From positions 33,234,001 to 33,298,000 of the forward strand of contig NW_024704742.1 in the NCBI RefSeq assembly GCF_018977255.1: a stretch of 64,000 nucleotides of DNA. Direction: 5' to 3'. Numbering within the stretch: the stretch's first letter is position 1; each line of letters begins with the position of its first letter. Below are positions 37,673-49,041 of this stretch, piece by piece. The position numbers were made by a program, and so were the translations under genes. The DNA is from Callorhinchus milii (Eukaryota). Below the pieces are notes generated by a model that worked only from the letters and a program-made list of their open reading frames with translations, was not told the origin of the DNA and made no database searches.

Positions 37673-40600
37673 CTGTCACACCAGACGTCAGAAAAGTGAG
37701 CGAGGGACTTGCTAAAAAACAACCCAATTCTGGAATGTCTCAATTCTACTCTCTAGCATTTTTCATGCATAGTCTGTAACAAAGTGAGCTGGCATTCATC
37801 GTTCAATGCAGGTTCAAGGTAATCAGATAGAAATTACAGAACAGAAAATTCTGCCTTAGTGTCTGACTTTTATCTCAAATTATGTGGGATATGAAAGCTG
37901 TGGTATCATTGAAGCAGCATTTTTAAACTCAAAACTAGTTAAAGGAAATCATGTTTGGCTTTCTTTTCAAGTTTTATTTTCTCTCCGTTTGCAACTCATT
38001 TCTAGGAAACCTCATTCCACTAGGTCCAAGAGTGGGATCTGTTCAACCTTCACCATGACTGTTGCCAATGGTACTTCTTGGTCAGGCAGTTGGTATCGAG
38101 ATTAGAAAAAGCTTAATTCAGTTTAGTTATTGCATCTGATTGAGCAGGAACCCTGATTTTTAGGTGACTGCAACCTTCCTCCTATGATCCTCCACCTAAT
38201 GATCCCTAGAACTTAACAATTGGGAGTTGAATGACAGACAGTGGAGTTAAACTGATTTACAACACATAAAACACTCAATAATCTGATCTCTTACACCACA
38301 GAAATAAAATCAGAATGCTTATTAATTCAGTCAGTGTTTACTTGCATCATAAAGGTGTGTAATATGTACTTCCTGCAATATGTACTTCCTGTTGGATATG
38401 TACTGCACAAGAATCAGAAGCAATCCTGAACCCTGGTAAACCGGCACAAATTTACAGCTTCTACAAATAAAATAATACTCTGGACAATTCTAAAACTAAT
38501 GAATAAATACAATAAGGTTGTTTCAGCTATTTCTTGATTAAGATTAGGAACAGAAACAAAATATGGATCAAGAAGAGAATTTGGCCTATCAAGGTTCCTC
38601 GTTCCACAAACTGTACAAATCCTACCTTATTATGGGCTTAGAAAGCCGATTATATAGCCAATTCACTCAATATCCTGGGGAAAAGTTCTGTATAAATTTC
38701 CCGTTCCCTTAAGATGATCAAGGTAAAATTCCAGAAAATCAATAACTCCATTGCCACAACTACACCATTCAATCCTGACCTGCTTCTCTCAAACAAACCT
38801 ATAACTTCCGATGTAATACGTTGGAAGATAATTAATTTTCCAGTTTTTTTCAAAAGAATTAAGCAATGTAATGTTAATTGCCTTTGTTGGCTGTCTGACT
38901 TGACATCCACTAACTTGTGGGCAAAAAGGTCCTTTTAATCTCTAGTTTTACTTGAATCTTATTCATTGTAAAACTATATTCTATACTTTTGTATTCATGT
39001 TCCAAATGATGCAGTCTGGCTATGTTTACATTATCTATTGAATCTTTTAAAGACCTGGATCTTGCAATGTAATGAAGATCTATATCCTCCTTAAGTAACA
39101 TTAAAAAAAATTTAAAATTTGAACCAGTCTTTTTTATTTGTCTCAATTTTTTTTCAAGTCACTATTTATATAGCGAAATACCTTAGTGAAAATATTCTCC
39201 AGTAAAATCGCTCTCCAGTTGATTTAGTACTGAAAGGTTCAGTTTGAAACATGTGAGTCGAATCAGTTCTTCACTATTCTGAGGTTCATAAAATCAATAC
39301 CTTGTCTGAACAATAGGTCCACAGGAAGGGAGAGCAAAACGAGGTTGAACTGACTCCAAAGAGGCACAATTGCCAAACCCAGTCAAATCTGCATTAATCT
39401 GCGGTAAAGTCAAAATTGCAAATATGTTTTCAACTCTGCAAGTGCCATGGTTATAAATTAATTCCAAAATAAAATATTACCTCTGTATTTTCTGACTGGC
39501 ATAGAGTACAATATCTCTTGGTGATGCTCTATACTAATGGTAACAATTCTGGGTCACTGATTCAGTACTGAGGTTTGGCAGTCCTGTTAATGTTCTTCCC
39601 AGTCTGTTTGTTGACTGTCAACACTACAACGTTTGGAAGTTCAGATCAACAGACAGTCAGCGACATGGGCTTTCACTGAAGGCTAACTGGAGAGCTAACC
39701 AAACCTTGCAATTTCTCACAAACCATGGAATATTGGTGAAACAGCATCAGATGTGGAATGCAGACAGTAAAAAGCAGTGGCACAATAGTTGAATGTGAAA
39801 CAAAGTAAAAACCAGAAACAAAAGCAGAAAGAGTGTGAATCTATAAGAGAAAGCAATTAATTTGGTAAATGGGTAAACATTTGTGTCTACTTAGTGCAGA
39901 CAAGGTAGGTCCAAATTAATAAATGAACCAGGCAGCAAAATAGAGCAGCAAAGTATATCAGAAGATAATGAACAGTAAAAGATATTAAAGAAAATAGCAA
40001 CAAAAGTAGTGGAAAATAGAATTAAAAAGACAAGTATTGATTTTATTATTATTTGTGCATATATTTTGTTACTTTTCCTCCTTCACCCTTGATTCCTTCC
40101 CAAGTGTCCCATGCTAGCTGCTAATCTTAATGTGACTTCATGTTAAAAATAAATTTAATGAAAAGAGAAAGAATAATTAAGATAGAAAAATTATATTACA
40201 GGACAGAAATAGACAAAGGGAAAACAGAGACAATAGTTGCACATTGTAAATGAATAGGCAAGATACTGGTTTGGACTTAAACTTTGGGGTTTAAAAAGTT
40301 AAGTCATATTAAGTCCCAGGACTTAACTGTTTTAAATCCTAGCAGGATCGTGGCCTATAAGCAGGAAACAAGACATAAACTGTATTGCACTTGAGTTATA
40401 TCGCTCACAACAGCACTTCAACTTCTTTCCAGTTCATTTTGTTACAGACTACAGTTTAATACACTGTTTGACATGGAGAGGGAAAAAACAAAATAAAGCG
40501 GAAACAGCTTGCAACAAACACATGAGGAATTAACAAAAGGAGGGGAGGGGTGGAGAACAGGGGAGCAGGCTCCTTGTTGGTTTTAAATAAACACATTCCC

Positions 40601-40853
40601 AACTATGACAACAATCACAACACAAAGCCACATAACATCACAATGACAAGATACATCTGGCAAATGTGCTCAAACGTGTCTACATCCAAAATATACATAT
40701 ACAATATTAAAAAAAAACATGTAAGGGATAAAGTCAGGAAAAAAGATCTTCTTGAACAAAACAAATTTAAAAAAATATTGTGAAAGGTGCAGGGGATATA
40801 GCGAGGCTGCATCCAATAAATTCTTCTCTGAACATTTTGTTAATCTCTCCTAC

Positions 40854-40952
40854 CCAAGGAATTTGGTTCCTGAAGGCCCAAGCTGCAGGATTCGGCTAAC
40901 CAAGCTTTCTCCCTCATTTAGAGGGGGAGGAGAGTTAGGAAGGTGCAGCTTA
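40854..40952 (-). CDS. ANK2: ANK2 99-nt alternative ZU5 exon (KLHLPNSPPPLNEGESLVSRILQLGPSGTKFLG)
   Basis: ctcag|T...GG|gtagga; phase 2-2; closely matches the ANK2 KLHLP exon. Confidence 0.93.
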
Positions 40953-42759
40953 CTGAGTACATCCAAGCAGCAATGGAAGAGAGAAGGTGAAGATATCAAA
41001 CCACACTGGATTTTATTACAGAAAACATTCATTGTTCTTCCCCCTTTATTTTGCTATTCAAATGTTTGAAGGTCTGCTCTTCTGTTGGTAATAATCAAAA
41101 TGCAATCAGTACCTTCTCTGTTATTTCCCTGGGATGATTTGCTTAATCAATTTTAATATTTGGAATGTATATACCACTGCAGTCAAAGCTTTCATTACCG
41201 ACAATAATTGCCAATCAATAATGTACTCAATTATTTGGTATTATGTTTCAGGAGTGGACAAATTTATCTTTTGAGAAATTGTTTTCATAACAGTCAGCAA
41301 AATACGAGTAAACAGTTAAACAGTTAAACACTTTCTTACTTTCCTGATTTCCTTCCTTGTTCTCCACACTGTTTTGAGCCACTTGGTGAAGCCCTGGCTT
41401 CACTGCAGCAGGTTGGGTAACTCAGTGATCACTATTGTGCCACTGAAGCTCAGCTCACAGAGGCTTCCACTGTTGAAATCTTCCAACAATTAACAAGTCC
41501 TTCTTACCTGCATAAGTGATGAAGCCACAGAGCAGAGAAAAAGCTGATGGGCAGAATGGGGGAAGGAATGGCAGGAGGGTATGAAGCATAACACACTTCT
41601 ACCACCATGTGCAGGATATTTCTAACCAAATACCAGGATAGATTATCTGGGCATATATCTGCAGTTCAATTTTTATATGAGTTTTCAGACATTAATGTTG
41701 TTGAACCTTTCATCACCAGCTGCACCATAGATGATTTGTCTCTGTCTTGGATTTATTTCACCTTATACCAACAGTATATTTCACAGGATTTCCATAAAAC
41801 CAATTGAATTGTTTAATTTATCATGTTGCAAAACCCGCCTCCTCTCCCAGGTGAGTGAAGAGAAAGTTCTGAAAGTAGAAGTATCCTTTTAATACACTTC
41901 ATGTCCTGAGCAAATATTGTAAAACGAATGCAGCATATTATATTATTCATAAAGCACCACCACATCTAGCAGCAGAATGTTATAGTGCAGCCTAGTTGTG
42001 ACGCAGTAGCTTGGGGACTATAAAGTCCCAACCCACTTCATAACTGAGCACGATGCCCGTCTGCATTCACTGGGCATGTGCACCGAAAGTTGTCTGTTCA
42101 AAACCCCAACTAGCTTCTCATGCTAAAATATAGCTGACTTCTGTCCTGATGACTGGAGGTTAGTCATTTTCTCGTGGTTTTTTTTTGTGGTTTGAAATAA
42201 GTCGGCCATAGGTCTGGAAATGTTCCAGTGAGTAAACATCAAGGACGACCAACCATTCACACAATAATGTTATAATCTTATAATGAAGCACAGGGTTCTG
42301 CTGTGGAAATGTGTGGAGATCAAACGTTATGGAGATCAATATTAAGTGATATCCCATTGAAGCTTCATTCTTTCTTTGCCAAACCGAAATTCATCTTTGA
42401 GGCTTTAACTGTCTATTACATAAAGCTGCATGTTTATTGCATTGCCCAATTTCATACGTTTGCCCCCATGCTGCTGTAACTGCATTGTAGTGACAGACTG
42501 ATTCTTATGGAAGGAACTTTGTTTTGGTAAATGCGAACTTTCAGGCAAATGTCATCCATATTTCATCTGTTCTGAAACATCGCATCTTACACTCGCTGTT
42601 TCTTCCACTTTCTACAAATATGTGTTGTCAAACTCATGGAGAATGTAATATGGGACCTTTCAAATATAATCAGGTCATGATGGGTTTAACATTACCATTT
42701 GAATGACAGACAAGAGAGCTGGCGTTCAATTGCAATTATTTGCATATTTAAACACTTAC

Positions 42760-42984
42760 CCAAGGAACTGGGCACCAGATGGTCCCACTTCAATCAGTCG
42801 ACTTGTGAGACCCTCTCCTTCCACCATGGGGGGCATTGTGGCCAGTCTATGACGTTTAACCAGGCGACAAGTCACACGGGTTGGAGCCGTGCATTTCCGG
42901 GGAGGAATGATAATGCGAAGTCCATTGTGACGGCAGCCCCGCATGGATCCTCCACGGGCATCCACCATAAAACTAACCAGGAAC
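42760..42984 (-). CDS. ANK2: ANK2 exon, ZU5-A spectrin-binding domain ([12 protein letters not shown]...GPSGAQFLG)
   Basis: ttgcag|G...GG|gtaagt; 225 nt, phase 2-2; contains the DAR spectrin-binding motif. Confidence 0.97.
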
Positions 42985-45900
42985 CTGCAATTGAATACAG
43001 AGGGTTTATCCATTGGCCACTTATTTCTAATCAGTGACTAGTTGTCTCTCAGGGGAGGAAAACAGTTGCCGGCTGTTCAGATGAGGGAGAATATGGAATA
43101 AAGGAACGCTCATGCAATCTTTGACAGCTCTGAATACTCCTAGGTCAAGTGTGGTACATGAGTGAAGGGCTGAGGTTGAGTTCCCACACTTCACCTAGAT
43201 GATGTAACCTCAGCTAAAATTAATTCCAATTTCTGCTAGACTAGGTGACATTGGCACTCCTAAATTGAGTCAGATATCTCATTTAAGTGTGAGCTTCTGA
43301 TCTACGTGATAAATTCAGGGTTTTTTGTGCTGTTGTATTAGAGGCAGTAAAGAGACTCCTCCTTTCAAATCCAAGCCACATCAGATCTTCTTTCCAACTG
43401 CTCAATTCAGTGGTAAAGACTTGTTTTTGATCTAAGGTTTCACTTTTGCCATTAAAACTACGACCTTTAAAGATTTAGCACCACCGAGGTGATGTGGGTT
43501 CATGTGCACTGAAGAGTAAACTCTGACAACAAACATCTTTCACTTGTGGTCCTTCACTTCTAATCCAAAGACTCAGCCCACCATTGTTACCAACATTGTC
43601 ACCTAGTCCTCTGCAAAAAGTTAGCAAACACTATAAATGGGTAACATGCAGGATAGTTTCCTTATGTAAAATGTTCTTTATTTTTGCTCCATGGATAAAA
43701 TCCACAAAGTGGGATTGTTTTTCATGTTACTGTGGGTGCAATGGTCTTCAACATCCTTCATTCAGATAAGTTTCCAAACATTGCATGATTATTGCTTTCC
43801 AGCAATTCAGTTTCATAGAAAAATTGGGACTGGCACCTCTCTAAGGAAGCATTCTTTTTTGTAAACGTTAGGGAGTTTCTGAAAATATCATCTTCACATC
43901 ATGCAGGTACAGCAGCTAGTTTAGAAAGAAACTCTGGGAACACCATGCCATCCTACATAGGACAAGGTCCAACACCACTGGAAATGACCCTTTGTTTTAC
44001 ATGAGCATCAGATTAATGAGATCATATTGCCATTGTTATTCCTTGATTGAATTTTCCTCCAAGAGCTGAGCCTTTGCAATAAACCAGCTTTGAGACTAAA
44101 AGGCTTACAGTTTTCTCTCTTAGACATCCAGACTTGAGGTCTCCTATTGGGACTTTGGTTCTCCATAACCCAGCAAAGTGATAATTGCTTCAAACTATTT
44201 CAGTAACCCCCCAACACTGCCATCATGTTACCTTAGTTATTAATTTCTTCTGGATAAATGCAAATGTTTAAAAACATGATACAGATAGGTGCTTGATAAT
44301 TCCACTGCTCAGTGATGTGATGACATTAAAATCGCAGTTGATCACCGGTTCATAATCTGAATCCTTAAGAATTTCCAGCCCCATATAGATCAAATACAAT
44401 TTAAACCTGCGCTGCGCATTTCTCTACATTAGTTGCATTAACTCTCAGAACTAACAGTTAATTTATAGTAACAGGTAAAAAAACAGTAAGAACATTAAGG
44501 TTAAAAATTGCTTTCAGTGTTACATCAATCATCATTCGACATGTAGGCTCTTGATAGAACTTCACAAAAGTCTAAACGGAATTTGTACCCAATTATTAGG
44601 GAGAAATTCCACCTGGATTGGATTTACTTTACGAACAATGATCTCAGCCTTAACTTTGAAGATGGTTTTCTCCAGTTCTGAAAGAACTTACAGAAACAAT
44701 GGCTTCAAAATTTGTCTATATTTAAGAATTCATAAAATTTTAGGCGTTCTAAAATGACACATTCATAGAGAAAATCTAGACACAGGTAAAATTTCTCTCC
44801 CTATATCTACATCAATTGGATTACGGATCAACATGAATTGTGAAGCAAATTTCATCAAAGGCCATTACCCTCCCTACTCCTCTAATCGTTTGCATTTCTT
44901 TTTACTTCAGTGGTTATTTAGTCACAAATATGCAGCATACATTCAATCACTGATTTCAGTCACGCTTTGGAAAACAAAGATTTTTCACACCAAACACAGG
45001 TCAAATTGTCTGTGTAATTCATTTCCAAGATATAAGATATGCAGTTATTTCTTTGTTAATTAGTGCACTCCTATGGGAAAATAAAACTGCAAATTTCAAG
45101 TGTTAATACAAAATTATGAAGCGGATACAGAATGGGAGTAGCAGAATACCCAGCTTATTTCTTTATCAAGGAGCAAGTGAGTTATAAAGATCATCCTCAC
45201 AGAGGAATAAACCAGATATTTTGCCAGTCCTTGCTGATATTCTTGATACAACGGGTGAGGAGATGGTTCGCTATACATCAATTTTGATTTGATTTATTTC
45301 TCTTGTTTTAAATGGTGATTGTTACCAGAGCCAAACCTGTCACGTGAACAAGCTGTATCCTCTCGTTAAAACACAGTGGGCTGCAATTTTGAAAATCCAC
45401 TTAACCATGGAAGTCACCATCTCTTTCAGCTTCAAATATTATTCCCTTCATGAGTCAGTCGTAGTCATGACAAAACATGAATCATAGAGCAATCTTGAAT
45501 ACCACATGGCTCCAAAAACAGAAAATATATATTTTTTAAATTCTGAGGCCAAAACGGGGAAGAAAGATTGCTGCTCAATTCCTTATAATCGACCATAAAT
45601 GTGATCCTCTCAATGGTTGGGAAAAGCAGATTTATGTAAGAAATCTGAGAGTGAATATTCCCGTCTCACCGGAGTGGGATAACAGCAGTATTTTTGCCGC
45701 ATTCACCTATCTCAGCACCAGTTGTATAAAGAGAGACAGACACTGGAATCAGTGTGATTGCTTCAAAATGGGTCAGTGCTCTACATTATTGAGGCCCGTA
45801 AACCTAGGGTACTAACCCTTCCTATGGGAAAGCATGAGCATTTTAAGTAACTAAAGATACAACTGAAACAGCTTAGTTGATTAAGAAATGTTATGTCGCC

Positions 45901-46268
45901 ATAATTCAAGCAAAATGTGAGAAAATTGTCAACCACATTGGTGCTGTTGCAAACCAATCATCTTATAAGATGTCTTATAGTCTTATTTGTCGATTTTGTT
46001 TTTCCCCTTTTCCCCATTGTATTCTACTGTGCTTCTTTTTTAACGCATTTGCTTGTTCAAAGTAACTGATGGGATAATTATAGGCATCTCCGTTCTGGAT
46101 GACTTGGCTTGAGTTACATCATAGCACTGTCAGGTGCCTGTGTTTGCAGGGTGGGGAGGCTCATCAATGTACGTCGAAGCACTGAAGAATTTTGAGGCTG
46201 GGTTACGTGGAGCTGAGAAAACAAAGAAAGCCAATGGAAGTGCATGAAGGCACAGTGCAAATCTTCAC

Positions 46269-46301
46269 CTCGATTCACTTTCGGGGACTGGCGAGGAGCA
46301 G
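46269..46301 (-). CDS. ANK2: 33-nt alternative exon before ZU5-A (CSSPVPESES-R)
   Basis: tcttctgtttcag|C...AG|gtgaag; phase 2-2; peptide resembles the 33-nt pre-ZU5 exon of ANK3 (CSSPLPQYDSR, from memory). Confidence 0.75.
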
Positions 46302-46377
46302 CTGAAACAGAAGATGCGTATGAGCACGAGAAAAGCATGGTGCCAGGATGACAGCAGTTAATTCACAGAAAAGCTAC

Positions 46378-46392
46378 CTGACAGTGATATCG
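46378..46392 (-). CDS. ANK2: Candidate 15-nt microexon (DITV)
   Basis: ttgttgccttgcag|CGATATCACTGTCAG|gtagct; phase 2-2; weak donor. Confidence 0.4.
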
Positions 46393-47420
46393 CTGCAAGG
46401 CAACAACAATTAAACCACAGCATTGTTTGCACGTAAAGGATTCTTAAGAAATCATTCATTGTCCTAATGCCCAAGGGTTAAACATGGCTTTGCCTTCATA
46501 TTGTCAATCAGAAGTTTGCATTCTGGTCTATTGCCATGTTCTACTTTTTCTTTCAATTAAGTAATAAAGAAAATGTAGTGATTCCACATGGCCACCAACC
46601 GACAGGAGTCTGCAGTAATGATAATAATAAATATAATCCTTATGTCCGTTACAACGCCTTTCACGTCAGGAAGACTTCTCAAAGCGCTTCACAGGATATA
46701 CTATGAAGTATAATGACTATACTTTTATCTGCAGGCAATGAATTGGACTCGCAGTCCAGAGTTTAATCTTCTAGCATTCTGATTTTAATTATAATCAGAA
46801 CAATGTCATATTCTGAACTTTTCTCTGGTTTCTTTCTTGTTATGTTTTCTCCCACACAGTGAGTTTGTGCGTAAAAATGCAATATTCCATTAGGCCTGGA
46901 AGACATCAACCAAATCAAAGCGTTATATATTTCTCAATCCAGTCGTTGCACCACCACATTTTAGAGGTGTTTCCACCTCGTAGACACGGTGATTAACATT
47001 CAAATTGATTTTACCCCTGGAAATAATATTGAAAGTAATGCTTTACTGACCAAATGCTAAGCAAGATAATCAGAGGCACTGTGGTGGGGGTATTAATTCA
47101 TCTCTGTTGTTTACTGTGAATTCTGCAAACCTTCAAAAAGGGATTTGCGATATTCAATAATATATAGATCTCCCTATTATTTCTACGAATCCATATATAT
47201 TGTTGAATATCCCAAATTCCCTTTGAAGTTTTGCAGTATTGATAGGAAACAACAAGTATTAATTAAATCTACCTATAGCAAGTGGAGGGAAGGATGTTTC
47301 CCAAAACCTAGGACAACTCACGTGGTGAGTTCAAAAGCAGCCTAAACCAATGAGTTAGAAATATCCTCCCTCTTCTGCCGATGAAATTATTTGGGGCAAT
47401 TTCAATCATGAGCGCAGGCA

Positions 47421-47788
47421 GGTCACAGGCAGCACCGGGGTCACAGGCAGCCGTGGGGTCACAGGCAGCCCCGGGGTCACAGGCAGCCCCGGGGTCACAG
47501 GCAGCTCCGGGGTCACAGGCAGCCCCGGGGTCACAGGCAGCCCCGGGGTCACAGGCAGCCCCGGGGTCACAGGCAGCCCCGGGGTCACAGGCAGCCGTGG
47601 GGTCACAGGCAGCCCCGGGGTCACATGCAGCCCCGGGGTCACAGGCAGCCCCGGGGTCACAGGCAGCCCCGGGGTCACAGGCAGCCCCGGGGTCACATGC
47701 AGCTCCGGGGTCACATGCAGCCCTGGGGTCACATGCAGCCCTGGGGTCACATGCAGCCCCGGGGTCACATGCAGCTCCGGGGTCACAG
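47421..47788. repeat. GC-rich minisatellite, 18-bp unit GGGGTCACA(G/T)GCAGCCCC, about 20 copies
   Basis: Directly visible tandem array with a few variant units. Confidence 0.97.
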
Positions 47789-47996
47789 AGAGAGCTTGGA
47801 CCTCATTAGATTGAGCACGAAAATCTTGTTGGGGATGGACACAGTTGGACAAGATGGAGAGAGTGAAGATAAGGAACTGGATTGACGAAGCTTTCCATAT
47901 AAAACCATACCTTCCAGTGGTCAATCCCAACTGGAGCTGTGGGAAACGACACTCATTTCACGGGCTTGTTTTGGAAACTGAAGCATGAGGCATGAC

Positions 47997-48019
47997 TGTG
48001 TGTGTGTGTGTGTGTGTGT
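47997..48019. repeat. (TG)n microsatellite
   Basis: About 11 consecutive TG units. Confidence 0.9.
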
Positions 48020-48861
48020 TGGGGGGAGAGTGGGAGGAGAATACTTATTTCTAAATATTTTTGAAAGTAGCTGTGGTCCTTCCATTTAAGAAAAATGGGT
48101 ATTCTGTCCATACTGAAGCTATTAACCTATCAAAAATCACGCTTTTTTCTCCCTGGATTTCTCTCTCATGTTTTATTGCACCACAGTTACTGTTGATTTG
48201 TTCTGTCACCAGCTGCTCTGCTGTGAATGTGTTCGCTTTGAAGCCATGATGAATGATGATCATGAAAAGTTGTACTCAAAAGTCAGCCATCTGCTCTTCC
48301 TTTAAAAGTCCTACACAGCCTTTAAGTCATTTAAGTGGACACTTAAATTGGTGACATTATGTCAAAATGGTTCATTTGCTGAAAAATTGCATCTGGGATG
48401 AACTGAATGAGCAGACACTTGAAATCTGGTACACCATTACTGCATGCTATATATCACTTGTTGCAACTTGGGTGTGAATCTTCCAGCCACCCATTTCAAA
48501 TCAATATTTTCTTTAACTGAAGAACAGCAAAATACTGTACATCATTAATTTCAGTTTAGGAAGGTAAGACTCTTTTGGACACATTTTTGAAATGAGCAGA
48601 GCTTTCATTCCAGAAAAGATTTGCCTTCCAATTCCTGGTGTCCCAATTCTTTCCCAAAAGGAAATGTTAAGTGGTCTGTATTTTCTATGAAACATAGGAA
48701 CTTTGTTGGTCTGGGGACCGTTCCGTACGACACTAATAGGAGGGCATGGTGCTGCAGTATGTTACTGTACCAGTCCACTGTTCAATGGAGTGGTAGGGAA
48801 CAAATTCGCCCCTCACAGTTCCCCATGCCATGAAGAGGAGGTGGTGAGGCCACATACTTAC

Positions 48862-49041
48862 CCATAGGGAGGGACAGTAAAATCAGAGGGAGAGGCATCC
48901 AGGGCCACTGTTGTGTACCTCCTAATAGGTGACTCAAGAGTGTCACTAGCAGAGCCCTGGAAGTAGGTTGTCTGCCCACTCTCTTGGCACTGGAGCACCA
49001 ATGGCCCACGCCACCGTCCAGCCTTGATTTTCTGAAAATTT
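48862..49041 (-). CDS. ANK2: Candidate 180-nt cassette exon ((G)NFQKIKAGRWRGPLVLQCQESGQTTYFQGSASDTLESPIRRYTTVALDASPSDFTVPPY(G))
   Basis: CTAAC branch point about 24 nt upstream, tctttag| acceptor, GG|gtaagt consensus donor, phase 2-2, no stop in frame. Confidence 0.6.

Noticed and set aside
47381..47930. Repetitive ORFs (GSQAAP / VTPGLP) and a CRISPR-like appearance
   Set aside because: These are by-products of an 18-bp stop-free tandem repeat. There are no unique spacers, no cas genes and no splice sites linking it to ANK2.
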